NCBI GenBank assembly: GCA_043808095.1
Contig: JAZDFF010000040.1
Span: 1,908-65,907, forward strand
DNA: 64,000 bases
Origin: Candidatus Omnitrophota bacterium
Lineage (GTDB): Bacteria; Omnitrophota; Gorgyraeia; JAZDFF01
Reading direction: 5' to 3'
Below are positions 48,601 through 58,614 of this stretch, piece by piece. The position numbers were made by a program, and so were the translations under genes. The notes beneath the pieces are model-generated. The model had not been told where the DNA came from. It did no database searches and worked only from the letters and a program-made list of their open reading frames with translations. Every line of letters starts with the position of its first letter. Position 1 is the stretch's first letter.

Positions 48601-49074
48601 TACCGGATGTTCACCCGTAACTTTCAAAGTCTGGGTAGGTAATTTGTATATTCCGATTATATACAACAAATCACTAGTCCGCTCAAATTTTTCCAAGACC
48701 CTTTTGAATCTATTTCTATGAGTTAAAATCTCATCTCCAATATTTATATCACTAATGGCCCGGGGGCCATCTTTAGTAATTATTAATTGGTCAGGATGAA
48801 AACACGCCGATAACTGACCGAGTTCTCTTCCCGCATTCATTAAGGTAGGAGAATTGGGCATGAATTCCAAAGAGGCCAATAACCCATAAAACTTCTCTTC
48901 TAATTTTCTTATCTGAGTGCCATTTTTACCATAGGCCCTGTCGGCAGAAGATATGGATTTGGCAATACGCCGAAACATCTGGTCGGGAGATTCAATCACC
49001 TTACCACTTGGGTCCTTTTTAAGATACCTTCTTTCCAGCACCGTTTTGGCATTTAGAGATAAGAACGGTTCCAT
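45604..49074 (-). CDS. nrdJ: Adenosylcobalamin-dependent (class II) ribonucleotide reductase with intein and TSCPD/zinc-ribbon C-terminus
   Basis: PNSPTLMNAG, TNPCGE, CNLGS, TIAPTG, VSKTVN. No nrdB nearby. AAGGAG RBS before ATG 49074. Confidence 0.9.
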   Translation of the reverse strand: MEPFLSLNAKTVLERRYLKKDPSGKVIESPDQMFRRIAKSISSADRAYGKNGTQIRKLEEKFYGLLASLEFMPNSPTLMNAGRELGQLSACFHPDQLIITKDGPRAISDINIGDEILTHRNRFKRVLEKFERTSDLLYIIGIYKLPTQTLKVTGEHPVLAMRKQGSSIRWLKAADLRVGDYVALNYPQETMDRETIKISDYLDNSDFIEIEGVLYQRNADIRYYVRKDGTIYTQNRNRSGEISRQVHPVRNEIVLDVSLMRLFGYYFSEGCVSENEVLRFTFSNEEESYAQDVMRIVKNKFGITSRIETTDSPQRRWISLRFHSKILAEFFLKLFNTGYASKSIPPWFILLPAKKQKGFLAGLFRGDSCVFKNGNNFSTKLVMCNTNAVYAAWQMLMRLGSFAALNFDSMPRLGRVRPVKCQVSGRYGSQIVAELLETEIPHNGFEFIRSIEREGILFSPVDYIEKQSYQGKVYNLEVEEDHSYSANFVSVHNCFVLPIDDSMDSIFESLKATALIHKSGGGTGFSFSRLRPKNSVVQSTGGIASGPVSFMKVFDSATQAVKQGGTRRGANMGILRVDHPDILEFITCKESNRDITNFNISVAITKEFMNKVAKAENYDLIDPHTAKALKQLNAKEVFDLIVKQAHKNGEPGIIFIDRMNEFNPTPELGKYESTNPCGEQVLLPYESCNLGSINLALMVKEKNGRLSVDWPRLKNITHGAVHFLDNVIDINKFPVPIIEENTKLTRKIGLGVMGWGSLLLKLGIPYDSDEALRLGNAIMSFILKEAREESIRLAKERGVFPAFLGSMYDKKKSLRLRNATLTTIAPTGTISIIAGPCSSGIEPIFAVSYYRNVMDNDKLVEVDPVFEEVAKERGFYSRELMSKVAEKGSIKDLKEIPEDIRRVFVTAHDIAPEWHIRMQAVFQRYTDNAVSKTVNFPENATVEDVRQVYMSAYKLGCKGATIYRDRSRDEQVLNIGRKEQKTEIDKITPRPRPEVINGTTTKVPTGCGNLYVTINSDEEGRPFEIFTQMGKAGGCAASQLEAIGRLVSLALRSEIEVKSIIDQLHGIRCPSPSWEKGVRIFSCADAMARVIEKRLLNNKQKESEVNQEIESLLKSEEHLVHSAHRGNIVGVCPDCGGALRHEEGCIKCHGCGFSKC
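47596..48804 (-). mobile_element. 403-aa intein with LAGLIDADG endonuclease
   Basis: GQLSA|CFHPD...VTGEHP...FGYYFSEG...LAGLFRGD...VYNLEVEEDHSY..VHN|CFV. Confidence 0.95.
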
Positions 49075-49239
49075 ATCAGGCTCCTTTAATGAACCCCGAC
49101 GTATCGTCGGGACAAATTTTCCCGCTTCAAATCTGTAAAACATAAAGCGGGATCCCGCCACCGTCAAAAAACTATTGTGCGGGAAAATTTAACCCCTAAG
49201 ATTAATTAGAGGAATTATTTGTTGAATGGGAACAAATGC

Positions 49240-49268
49240 ACTCTACCACAAACAAAATCCCATGTCAA
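49240..49268 (-). promoter_or_regulatory. Sigma70-type promoter of nrdJ
   Basis: TTGACA-17 nt-TAGAGT with extended TG. Confidence 0.65.
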
Positions 49269-49275
49269 TATCTAT

Positions 49276-49323
49276 ATACAATATATTGTATATATTTTTA
49301 AAAAGGTACACAACTTATTGTAT
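49276..49323. promoter_or_regulatory. Tandem NrdR boxes
   Basis: ATACAATATATTGTAT (49276) and ACACAACTTATTGTAT (49308), 32 bp apart, match acaCwAtATaTwGtgt upstream of an RNR. Confidence 0.8.
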
Positions 49324-49342
49324 AACAATCGAATACTGATTC

Positions 49343-50353
49343 TTAGTTTGATTTGGGCGAGGAAGTTGAATCTCTGACCACTAATTTCGTCGGTAGCATC
49401 AGTTTTTTATTGTCTTCTTTAACCTTAGAATTTATTTGATTCAATAACTCTTTTACAGCTATCTGGCACATTTCAATCAAAGGTTGTTTCACGGTAGTTA
49501 ATGCCACCGGGCCAAAACAGCCAGCAGGGTTATCATCAAAACCCACAACTGAAATATCTGAAGGCACTTTTAGACTGTTCTCTATAATTACCCCCTCTAC
49601 CTCTAAGGCCATATCGTCGCTGGCGGCAAATATTGCAGTTGGCGGTGATTTTAGTTTAAGAAGTTCTAGGGTTAAGGTCCGGGCTGAATGCCGGGAATAG
49701 TCCGAGTGCTTGATATATTCTCTGGGCAGGTTAAAACCTTTATTAGATAAAACCTCTTTAAAACCTAAAAGTCGCTCTTCTGCCGCCTGGGTTTTTAAAT
49801 CACCGGTTATATGGGCGATTCTTTTATGACCTAAACTAATCAAATGTTCGGTTGCTTCCTTTGCCCCTTTTTTATTATTGATAGACACACTGGTTATTTC
49901 AAAGTCCTGGGCCGTGTTATTAATTACGACCGAAGGAATTCCTGCGCTAATGACTTCTTTAAGTTGTTCCGTCTCGCCCAGGATGTCTGCAAATATAACC
50001 CCGTCGATACTAGCCAGATTAATCGAGGTGGAGCCATCGGTCAGATGTAAAACCAAATCCAGTTTTTGTGCATCGCAGGCTGTGCCGATACCCCGGATAA
50101 TCTCAATGGCATAAAAAGAATAAAATATGCCTTCGAATCTGGGGATAACTAAGCCTAGGGCACCTTTTTTTCCGCCAGCCAGGCGCTGGGCACTGATATT
50201 GGGTCGGTATTTAAGTTTATGGATGGCACTTTCTACCTTAAGGCGGCTGGTTTTATTAACGGTGGGAATTTTGTTGATCACCCGTGAGACTGTAGTGGTA
50301 GAAACTCCAGCCAAACGGGCAACATCTTCGATCCTTGCTTTTTTAGTAACCAC
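49343..50353 (-). CDS. LacI-family regulator
   Basis: IEDVARLAGVSTTTVSRV, ISVVGFDD, LTTV. Confidence 0.96.
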   Translation of the reverse strand: MVTKKARIEDVARLAGVSTTTVSRVINKIPTVNKTSRLKVESAIHKLKYRPNISAQRLAGGKKGALGLVIPRFEGIFYSFYAIEIIRGIGTACDAQKLDLVLHLTDGSTSINLASIDGVIFADILGETEQLKEVISAGIPSVVINNTAQDFEITSVSINNKKGAKEATEHLISLGHKRIAHITGDLKTQAAEERLLGFKEVLSNKGFNLPREYIKHSDYSRHSARTLTLELLKLKSPPTAIFAASDDMALEVEGVIIENSLKVPSDISVVGFDDNPAGCFGPVALTTVKQPLIEMCQIAVKELLNQINSKVKEDNKKLMLPTKLVVRDSTSSPKSN

Positions 50354-50397
50354 TAGATTTTTAAAATTTAATATCCCGTAAGATTATACGGAATGAA

Positions 50398-51546
50398 TTA
50401 TCTGACTATATCTCCGACGCGGATACGATTATTGGATTCAACCTGCCTTATATCCAAAGCCGAAATATTCCTGCGGGTCTGGATAACTTCCACAATTGCA
50501 ACCTGTTTGTCGGCTCGATATACCTTAAATATATTCCCTATTCTCGCTCCATCAGCCTCGCCTAAATCAACAACGATAAAATTATTTTCTGTGTTTACGG
50601 CTATAACCTTACCTTCCTTGGCCACTACATTAACAGAAGCCCTAGGGCTTCCTTTAACCACGATAGGCGGCAACTCGACCGTCCTGGTACCCGAGGATTC
50701 TTCTTCGCCTTCTCTTGCCTCTTGTATTTCCTTTTTTATATTGACCATCTCGTCCATTTTGCTTTGTATGGCTAAATCCATATCCGTGATTCTGGAATCC
50801 AGAGTTTCCTTATCTGCCTCAATCTTATTTAACCTCTCCATAAGTGCAAGGTTTGCCTTCTCCTTAGTCTTTAACTTAGCACGCATTGCGGAATTGTCTT
50901 TCTGCAGTTCCTTTAATTGAGTAAGCAATGAATTCTTATCTAGTTTTTCCCTCACTAAATCGTTAGATAATGTCTTGGCTAATTTCTCATTGTATTCTAA
51001 CTTTCTCTCTAAATCTTCCCGTACTTTTTGCAGATTAGAAAACTCTAATTCTGTTGCTTGTTTTTCGTCTTTTACCTTGACCAGTTCTAGACGAGAATTC
51101 TTTAAGGCGCCATCTAAATCTTTTAATTGAATCTCGAGCCCCGCCTTCTCTTTAAGAACCTTGGCCCAATATTCATCAGCCATAGGGGCTTCTTTTGCGG
51201 TAGCCACTTCTGTTGTCACCCCGGGTTGTTTCTGTAATTCTTCGGCGAGAACCTCTTTTTCTTTATTAACAAGTTCGAATTTCTGTTTCCAGTCATCGCG
51301 TTCCCTGGCTAGCACATCTAAATCCTTCTGCACGGCTGCCATCTTATCTTGAAGCCGCAGCCTTTCTTGTTCCGCGGATGAAAGATTCTTTACCATATCT
51401 TCGTTTTCTTTTTGCCACTTCTTCTCTTTTTGAGCAAATTCGTTCTGGGAGACCTGTTTCTCATTATAAAGACGCAGCGATATGAATATGCTAACCACAA
51501 ACAATATTGCCAGACCGAAAACTATCACCCGCATCTTTTTATCCAT
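50398..51546 (-). CDS. Membrane-anchored coiled-coil protein with C-terminal beta domain (FlgT-C-like)
   Basis: N-terminal TM, long heptads, VELPPIVV, VVDLG..DG...G..F.V.R. Confidence 0.75.
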   Translation of the reverse strand: MDKKMRVIVFGLAILFVVSIFISLRLYNEKQVSQNEFAQKEKKWQKENEDMVKNLSSAEQERLRLQDKMAAVQKDLDVLARERDDWKQKFELVNKEKEVLAEELQKQPGVTTEVATAKEAPMADEYWAKVLKEKAGLEIQLKDLDGALKNSRLELVKVKDEKQATELEFSNLQKVREDLERKLEYNEKLAKTLSNDLVREKLDKNSLLTQLKELQKDNSAMRAKLKTKEKANLALMERLNKIEADKETLDSRITDMDLAIQSKMDEMVNIKKEIQEAREGEEESSGTRTVELPPIVVKGSPRASVNVVAKEGKVIAVNTENNFIVVDLGEADGARIGNIFKVYRADKQVAIVEVIQTRRNISALDIRQVESNNRIRVGDIVR

Positions 51547-51727
51547 ATTGTTTCCCCCTTATTTTTTATATTATACTTAAAGCAATATTTTTGATTACAG
51601 CGATTATCCCGAACAATAGTAAAATATACAGCGGGATCCCGCAAAGCGGGAAAAATCAGATTACAATGATTAGCTTACTTTTTTAAATCACTGTAATCTT
51701 CTTTCAAATCACGGTAATCATTTCCTA

Positions 51728-52957
51728 CTATAACCGGGCAAATATCTGACGAATAACTAGACTGGCCGCACCTAAGGCCACAGAATTTTCTCCTAATCGC
51801 GAAGGAATAATCTTTACGTCTTTGGCCATCTCATCGAATGCCCATTCATTAACCGACTGCCTGACTACATCAAAAAGGATATCGCCTGCCTCTTCAAAGC
51901 CTCCGCCGATAATAACCATCTCGGGATTTAAGAGATTAACCAAATAGGCAATCCTTACTCCAAGACGACTTGCGGCAGCGCGCATCAATTCTTCAGCTAA
52001 CTTATCTTGTTCTCTAACGGCCCTAAATATTTCTTTAAGGGTAATTTTCTCCGGATTGTTTTCGGCAAACTCAAATATTTTTGATTTCGTCCCCTGGTTT
52101 ATTAATCTCCTGGCATCTTCGACTAACCCTAGGTCTGACTCCCAGCGTTTCAATAAACAGGACTTGCCGAATTCACAATTAAAAAGAGCGTCTTGCTTTG
52201 GATTATTTATGGAGACTTCACCCGCAGCACCGGTTGCCCCGCGATAAATTTTTCCGTCTATCATTATACCACAACCAACGCCAGAAAACATGTAGATTAA
52301 ATTCTGGATTTTATAGTCTAAGGTAAGCCACTGTTCGCCAAAACAGGCAACCGTAGCATCATTTTCAATAAAGGCCGGGATGCCGAATTCTTTTTCTAAA
52401 ATCTCGCGCAGAGGTAAAAAGATCGAGGCATACACACAGCCGGTCTTGCCTACTTTTTCCGGCCAACGCACTGTCTCGCCATTTTTATCGATAATTCCGG
52501 CAATTCCGACGCCGATGCCTTTTATCTTTGACTTATCTTCCTTTGACCTTTTGATGATCTCTGAGGCAATATCTATAATTAGGGCTACTATCTCTTTTAC
52601 ACTCGCGGCTTGGCGCTCTCTTTTTACGCGCACAAGTATACGGCCGTCTAAATCTATCAGGACACCAATCATATTCATTAGATTGAGGCCGATACCTATA
52701 GAAATTCCGGCTGAAGGATTTATATCTAAAAGTAAAGGCCGCCTTCCGCCGGCAGATTGATCAAGTTCTTTTTCAAAGACGATTTTTTTGCGCAAAAAAT
52801 CATCAATATAATTTGTGACGGTTGCAACATTTAGGCCAACGAGTTTAGAGATGTCGCTTTTGCTTAAAGGCCCGCTTCTTCGTATCGCCTCTAATATGGC
52901 AAGATTTCTTCTGGCCCTCTCGCTTAACTCTTCGCCCTTAAAGGTAATTTCTTCCAT
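51728..52957 (-). CDS. ROK-family transcriptional regulator
   Basis: N-terminal HTH, GGRRP, IENDA, GVGCG, GAAGE. Confidence 0.94.
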   Translation of the reverse strand: MEEITFKGEELSERARRNLAILEAIRRSGPLSKSDISKLVGLNVATVTNYIDDFLRKKIVFEKELDQSAGGRRPLLLDINPSAGISIGIGLNLMNMIGVLIDLDGRILVRVKRERQAASVKEIVALIIDIASEIIKRSKEDKSKIKGIGVGIAGIIDKNGETVRWPEKVGKTGCVYASIFLPLREILEKEFGIPAFIENDATVACFGEQWLTLDYKIQNLIYMFSGVGCGIMIDGKIYRGATGAAGEVSINNPKQDALFNCEFGKSCLLKRWESDLGLVEDARRLINQGTKSKIFEFAENNPEKITLKEIFRAVREQDKLAEELMRAAASRLGVRIAYLVNLLNPEMVIIGGGFEEAGDILFDVVRQSVNEWAFDEMAKDVKIIPSRLGENSVALGAASLVIRQIFARL

Positions 52958-53181
52958 TAAAATGTCATAATTTTTCCCGTGGCTTATGTTTTAATCAAAT
53001 TAAAACCACAGATTTTGTCAAAATATCCGTGCCCAGGCAGGCGTATCTTTTCCCGCCGTAGCGGGATCCCGCTGGATTTTTTTATTTTGGTGCGGGATAA
53101 TCTGTGCTAATCTGCGAAATTAAACGATATTTAATCTTTGTAACAAACAATAATTTCAATACCTTATAATATATTTCTTTA

Positions 53182-53210
53182 ATTATAATACTTTTGTAAA
53201 AATAAAGCAA
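53182..53210 (-). promoter_or_regulatory. Candidate sigma70 promoter for the ROK gene
   Basis: TTGCTT-17 nt-TATAAT. Confidence 0.5.
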
Positions 53211-53318
53211 GAAATATTTAAAAAAACACAGATTAGCACAGATTTAGGTATCTGTGATCATCTGTGAAAACGTGAGTTTAACCCGAAATCTTGCGCTTAT
53301 CTGTGTAAATGTATTTTT

Positions 53319-54635
53319 TTACTTCAACCAGAGTTCTTCTAATATATAATATGCCTCTTTAGGAGTTCTTTTGTCTAAACCAGCAGTGTCGCCTGGAGAA
53401 AGCTTGATTATCCCCCACCATTCTTCATTCATATTAAGATTTTTGGGTGCGGCGATATCAAAGAAATATCCGCCATTTGACCAGGAGGCCTCGGTATCCT
53501 GTATTGTCCAGCTACCTGGTCCATATTTCCACCACTCATCCGTCCATTCAAAGAGGCAGGCGCCTAAACAATTACCCAATCCGTCATGGCGATCAAATAA
53601 ATTTTTTTCAATCTCCTTCCACTGGCTTCTTATAAATAAGGCCTGAGTGGCCTCAGAAGGTATGTTTTGTTTTGCATCAAAAGAATCGCATCCGAACTCT
53701 GTAAAGAAGAAAGGACGAGCCCAGGTTATATTAACCTGACGAAATAAAGAACCAAAAGATTTGCCTGCATAATTAGATATTCCTAAAAGGTCGACATCTT
53801 TACAGATAAGCGCTGCCGTATCAAGTCCTCCTAAACCTCCGTTTCCTAAAGCAATGGGGTGAATTTTATCAATCTTTTTTATTTCTCGGGCAATATCGTT
53901 AACGAAGGCATAATAAATCTCAGCCTGCTGTTTCCTCTTAAGATAAGGATCACAGATCTCTTCTAACTGCGGCGTGGTCCAGGGGTTTAAATTTTGCGGC
54001 CCGAAGGAATAATTATTTTCATTGCCCAATACCCACATAAGTATGCCCGGTTCATCTTTAAAGGTCCTGACCATTTCTAAACAATCGCTTTTTATTCGTT
54101 GCCTAAAGTCTTTATCCCCGTATGAAGAACAATGCCCTTCCCAGAAACCTAACCAGTGCCCGAGAATTGTGCGAATCCCGTATTTACGATAAAAATAACT
54201 AATCATCTTTTTGATATTTGCGATATCTTTCCCCGGATGATACAGACGGATAACATTAACCCCGGCCTCAAACATTAAGGGGGCATCTGTCTGCCAAGGC
54301 CGGTGTTTGTCTTGACTCAAATCATAGTCATAACCCTGACCAATTGGGACGGGATTATAACAGGCGCCTTTTATGATAAAGGGTTTGTTATTTACGAGGA
54401 ATTCGAAGTGACCATTAGTGAGTTTTTGGATGGTTATCTTGTCAACACTTCGTATACCCCGATTGGCTTGCTCGGGGCTTGCTTTCTGAATATTCGATTC
54501 TTGGGTATCCTCAGTGTTGACGGGAGCATTTGCCGCCGTAGCCAATAGGCCTGATGATGTCAAAACAAAAAAGAGGCAAGAAATCCAGATTAAATTTTTT
54601 ACCGGATTTCTTGCCTCAATTTTTTTTATATCCAT
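53319..54635 (-). CDS. Exported glycoside hydrolase, GH2-like TIM barrel
   Basis: GVNVIRLY, WVLGNENN, TEFG, FEWTDEWWK, EEWWG. Confidence 0.82.
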   Translation of the reverse strand: MDIKKIEARNPVKNLIWISCLFFVLTSSGLLATAANAPVNTEDTQESNIQKASPEQANRGIRSVDKITIQKLTNGHFEFLVNNKPFIIKGACYNPVPIGQGYDYDLSQDKHRPWQTDAPLMFEAGVNVIRLYHPGKDIANIKKMISYFYRKYGIRTILGHWLGFWEGHCSSYGDKDFRQRIKSDCLEMVRTFKDEPGILMWVLGNENNYSFGPQNLNPWTTPQLEEICDPYLKRKQQAEIYYAFVNDIAREIKKIDKIHPIALGNGGLGGLDTAALICKDVDLLGISNYAGKSFGSLFRQVNITWARPFFFTEFGCDSFDAKQNIPSEATQALFIRSQWKEIEKNLFDRHDGLGNCLGACLFEWTDEWWKYGPGSWTIQDTEASWSNGGYFFDIAAPKNLNMNEEWWGIIKLSPGDTAGLDKRTPKEAYYILEELWLK

Positions 54636-54751
54636 ACTTTATCTGTAAGACTAGCGAGAAAATCATTTTGGCACGAATCTACACGAACCACACACAAATT
54701 TTCACGAATAAATTCGTGTAAATTAGGCTCTTAATTCGTAGGAATTCGTGT

Positions 54752-55930
54752 TTACTCGTATTTTATCTCATCCAGATAGAACGTTGCGCCTTCCGGATTT
54801 ACGTCTACGTTAGTTGCCCAGCAAAAACCGCCGATAATCGAAGAAAGATCCTTTCCTCTTAGATCGATGCTGTATTGCTTCCACTCCTTGGTCAATAATA
54901 CCGGACCAATACCAGCTGAATCACTGTCAGAATATTCGCCGGTAAGACCGCCAATCTTAAATTCTTCAATACGTTCTTTACCGGTGGCGCCTTTTGCCCA
55001 GAAGGTAAGCTTGGTGGCCTTTGTAAGATCATGGCCGGCATCAGTCTGGCCCCAGTTGTTTGCAGGATGCTGCCAGTATAAGCCAGCCCAACGCGCACCT
55101 TGGGAATTTTTCCCGGAATAAACAATCTTTATGCAATTATCTCCCAGATATGGATCTCCGGTTGACGCCTGGTCTAAGGCGATATCGCCGTAATCACCCA
55201 TCCAACCTGAGGGGATAAAATGATTACCCACGGAAGTGCTATCGGCATAAACATAGAAAGGCATATTTTGCGCAGCCTTTACCTGAGGCTTAAGATTAGG
55301 GTCATATTCGAATTTGATATTATCAAGATAAAAACCCATGCCCTTGGGATTGGCATTTGCGGAAGTAACCCAGCCGAATCCGCCGCTTATATAGGTAAGG
55401 TCTTTTCCGGTAAGATTAATGGAATATTGTTCCCATTGATCGCTTAATTCTATGGGGCCGGTCTCAACCTCTGCTGTATCTGGATAAATGCCTTTTATAC
55501 CGCCAACCATGAATTTTTCGATTATTTCACCGCCCTTTGCGCCTTTGGCCCAGAAAGTAAGTTTATTTAGGCCGGTTAAATTAAAACCTCCTTGGCGCGC
55601 CCCCCAGTTATTCGGAGGATTCTGCCAATAGACCCCTACCCAGCCTTGTTTTTGCGTCTTCTTACCAGAATAGGTAAATTTTATGCAGGTCGTGCCAGAA
55701 TGGGGACTATCCATATCTTGGTCACCCATGACAATATCACCGTGATCGCCCATCCAGCCAGCAGGGATGTAGTGATTGTCAGGTGATTTTTTGTCCGTGT
55801 AGACATTAAAAACCTTAAGACTACCCTCTCCCTTTTTGACCGGTTCATCAGTTACCGTTTGGGCAAAAATAGGACTAACCAACAACAGGACTAGCCCTAT
55901 CACTGCAACAAAAGCCAGACATTTTTTCAT
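54752..55930 (-). CDS. Exported protein with two tandem carbohydrate-binding-like domains
   Basis: Internal duplication (NHxIPxGWMGD..NNWG..KLTFWAKG..FYLD.IK.E). GGAGG RBS before ATG 55930. Confidence 0.78.
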   Translation of the reverse strand: MKKCLAFVAVIGLVLLLVSPIFAQTVTDEPVKKGEGSLKVFNVYTDKKSPDNHYIPAGWMGDHGDIVMGDQDMDSPHSGTTCIKFTYSGKKTQKQGWVGVYWQNPPNNWGARQGGFNLTGLNKLTFWAKGAKGGEIIEKFMVGGIKGIYPDTAEVETGPIELSDQWEQYSINLTGKDLTYISGGFGWVTSANANPKGMGFYLDNIKFEYDPNLKPQVKAAQNMPFYVYADSTSVGNHFIPSGWMGDYGDIALDQASTGDPYLGDNCIKIVYSGKNSQGARWAGLYWQHPANNWGQTDAGHDLTKATKLTFWAKGATGKERIEEFKIGGLTGEYSDSDSAGIGPVLLTKEWKQYSIDLRGKDLSSIIGGFCWATNVDVNPEGATFYLDEIKYE

Positions 55931-55941
55931 ACTTCCTCCTT

Positions 55942-56056
55942 TTAATGAGCGCATAACTTACGGAGCACAACGTGCGACGTAAGTTATCTGCGCGAATTAA
56001 TCCCGAAGCTTAAGCTAAAATTATCGAAGAAAATTTTAGCTTGTCTAAGCGAGGGA
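55942..56056. mobile_element. TTAATGAG...CGAATTAA nested-palindrome element
   Basis: Left part resembles the 8936 copy, right part resembles 21800-21863. Confidence 0.75.
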
Positions 56057-56093
56057 CATGTTAATCCTGACACTAACGTATCTTCGGGGTCAT

Positions 56094-58439
56094 TCACCTC
56101 CATAATTCCTTATACGTAAAATAGCTCTTTCTCGATTGTCTTAAAAACGGGCTTAAAGAGCCGTTGCCTTGGCCGACTATACCCAGCCATTCCTCGTGCA
56201 TAAAGCCGTCGGGAAACGGGCCGGTAAACAGGCCTTTTGTATCATGGACAGATGGTTCATAGGCCTTCCACCATTCATCCAGCCATTCAAAGAGTATTGC
56301 GCCTAAGGCATTACCGAAACCGTCTTGGCCCGTCATATTCAAAGAGGTATCCTCCCATGCACTGCGATGATATTCTGCCTGCAAGGCCTCTGCCTCTTCA
56401 GTAGACTTTCCCTCGGCATAAGCCGAACAGCCATATTCAGAAATAAATGCTGGCTTATCCGTCTGTTCTTTAACCACCTGCCAAAAATCCACAAAACCAT
56501 AACCGCCCCGATAGACATTAGCAGCAAAGATATCTACATCCGGACAATTCTTGGCGAATCTATCTAAAAAGAGTGTATCTCCGTTGGCAATAGCGATGGG
56601 GTGATTTTTATCTATCTTTTTTATTTCTAAAGCTACTTCATTTACAAATTTAAAAAAGGCATCGGGGTCTTTATTGGCATTGCAGGCCACGCCGTAGACA
56701 TTCTCATTGCCCAATAACCACATTAAAACATAGGGCTCGTCTTTAAATTCCAAAACCAGCTTTTTAACCTCGTTTAACATATTCTCGCGGTGCTTGGGAT
56801 TATTGTAATCTGTACCTTCATACCAGCTTGCGCCGCTTCCGATAGCATACTTTCCCAAGAAATCGCCTAAGATTACTCTTATCCCGAATCTATTATACAT
56901 ATCTTGCAATAATTTCTTATCCAGCTTAAAGGGTTGGTGATAAAGCCTTATGGTATTAACTCCCATTTCCTTCATCAGGGTAAAATCGCCTAGTGCAGGC
57001 TCATTGATATCCTGTTTGTTGTTGCGATTTTTGTCGATAAAGGCATCATAAGGACCGTCGCATTTACCATTTTTATTATAATCATATTCCATCCAGTTCT
57101 TTAAGGTGCCGTCGTCAGGGCTCTGACCGACTTTTACCGGCGCATAAGTAATGCCTTTAATTACATAAGGCTTATTATCCACTAATAATTGCCAAGAGCC
57201 GTCGCTATATTGTACCAGACCAACCTTGCCCTGGCCGACTCTTCTTTTTACGGTTTTAAATTGGAATTTATTTAAGAGCGGTTTAAGTCTATCCCAAAAA
57301 GTAACTTCTACGAATCTACCTGGATTGGTAATTACAATATCGTTGTTGATATCGTTGTCAAAACCATTAATCACCTGAATTCGGGCCTCGACTAACTTTA
57401 TTTTAAGTTCGGGGTGTTTTCTGCAGAGATATTTTATCTTGGCTATCGCAGCAGAAGCCACATACCAAGGTGTATGCCAATAAGTCCAGCCGTAACTGTT
57501 CGGGAAGTTAACTACGATGGCATAATAGGCCTTGATGGCATGAGCAATTAGACCTGCGCGTTCTAAAACTAATCCAGTATAAAAAAGCCTTATTCCCTGC
57601 GGCTCGGAGGCGGTGGCCCATTTAAAGAAATTTGCCTGATTATCATCAGTATAAATAAAATCCCAATGGCTGCCGCTTAACCTTCCTTCCTCTTTGGCCT
57701 TAGCATAGGCAAGGTCCCAACGGATGGAGGTGGTATTAGGATAAATACCCTCTCCGACGGCAAGAGAAAGCCCTTCCTGATCTAAAATCTTATAGTGATA
57801 ATCCTTTGTCCCCATACCGGTAAACCTTCCGTATTTAGAATAATCTACAATTGATTCTCTTCCTGGGTCATTAAGGATGAGCGTAGTCTTTGGTCTCTTG
57901 GGTTTTGGGGTTTCTTTAGGTTTAGGCTGCTTTAGAGACGGTTGATTGGTTTGGGTTTCTAACAGTTTATCAATCTTCTCAATTGATAATTTACTTTTTT
58001 CTGCCACTGACCAATACCAACCCCTGGGATCCCAGGCCTCGGCATATTTATATTTTTGTATAATCAATCTAAAAACTACTTTTGCCTCTTCGAATTTGCC
58101 TTGACGCATATAAAACTCAGCCTGGATAAAATAACAAGTGGCGACGTTATTAAGCACATCGTATTTTGATTCTTCTCCTTTAGGCGGAAAATCAGTCATA
58201 TCTGAAGCAAGCCTATCGGACTCATCTTTATAAAGCTCGATGCATTTATTCGTATATTCCAACACCTTATCAAACTTTTTCTCGCCCAGCGCCTCCCACG
58301 CCTTGCCTACATAGTCCTTCGATGAGAGTTGTTCGTCGGAGAAAGCTACGTTGCTGCAAGAAAAACACACACACCAACACAGTAAAGATATTAAATAACG
58401 TGTTAGCCTTTGCATATATAGCGTACGTTGTTTCATCAC
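56094..58439 (-). CDS. Exported TPR plus GH2-like TIM-barrel glycoside hydrolase
   Basis: Signal peptide, AWDPRGWYW, GVNTIRLY, LGNEN, SEYG, FEWLDEWWK. Confidence 0.82.
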   Translation of the reverse strand: MMKQRTLYMQRLTRYLISLLCWCVCFSCSNVAFSDEQLSSKDYVGKAWEALGEKKFDKVLEYTNKCIELYKDESDRLASDMTDFPPKGEESKYDVLNNVATCYFIQAEFYMRQGKFEEAKVVFRLIIQKYKYAEAWDPRGWYWSVAEKSKLSIEKIDKLLETQTNQPSLKQPKPKETPKPKRPKTTLILNDPGRESIVDYSKYGRFTGMGTKDYHYKILDQEGLSLAVGEGIYPNTTSIRWDLAYAKAKEEGRLSGSHWDFIYTDDNQANFFKWATASEPQGIRLFYTGLVLERAGLIAHAIKAYYAIVVNFPNSYGWTYWHTPWYVASAAIAKIKYLCRKHPELKIKLVEARIQVINGFDNDINNDIVITNPGRFVEVTFWDRLKPLLNKFQFKTVKRRVGQGKVGLVQYSDGSWQLLVDNKPYVIKGITYAPVKVGQSPDDGTLKNWMEYDYNKNGKCDGPYDAFIDKNRNNKQDINEPALGDFTLMKEMGVNTIRLYHQPFKLDKKLLQDMYNRFGIRVILGDFLGKYAIGSGASWYEGTDYNNPKHRENMLNEVKKLVLEFKDEPYVLMWLLGNENVYGVACNANKDPDAFFKFVNEVALEIKKIDKNHPIAIANGDTLFLDRFAKNCPDVDIFAANVYRGGYGFVDFWQVVKEQTDKPAFISEYGCSAYAEGKSTEEAEALQAEYHRSAWEDTSLNMTGQDGFGNALGAILFEWLDEWWKAYEPSVHDTKGLFTGPFPDGFMHEEWLGIVGQGNGSLSPFLRQSRKSYFTYKELWR

Positions 58440-58614
58440 TTATCTTACTAACGCTCCTTGCGCTAATACCCTTCGCGATATACTTCTACATCAATTTATT
58501 CTACTTCGCTAAAGCTTCGTAGAATATTCTCGCCGGAATAATTCTCCGAAGCCTATACCATTGTTTACTATTGGTAAGGCGAAGGAGAATATTTTGGCGT
58601 TTTGATATCGAACC

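Noticed and set aside
37955-49167. Long N-terminal extensions in the ORF track for glmU, ispE and nrdJ
   Set aside because: The extensions run through repeats or tRNA relics. Downstream ATGs (37954, 39640, 49074) fit the family starts
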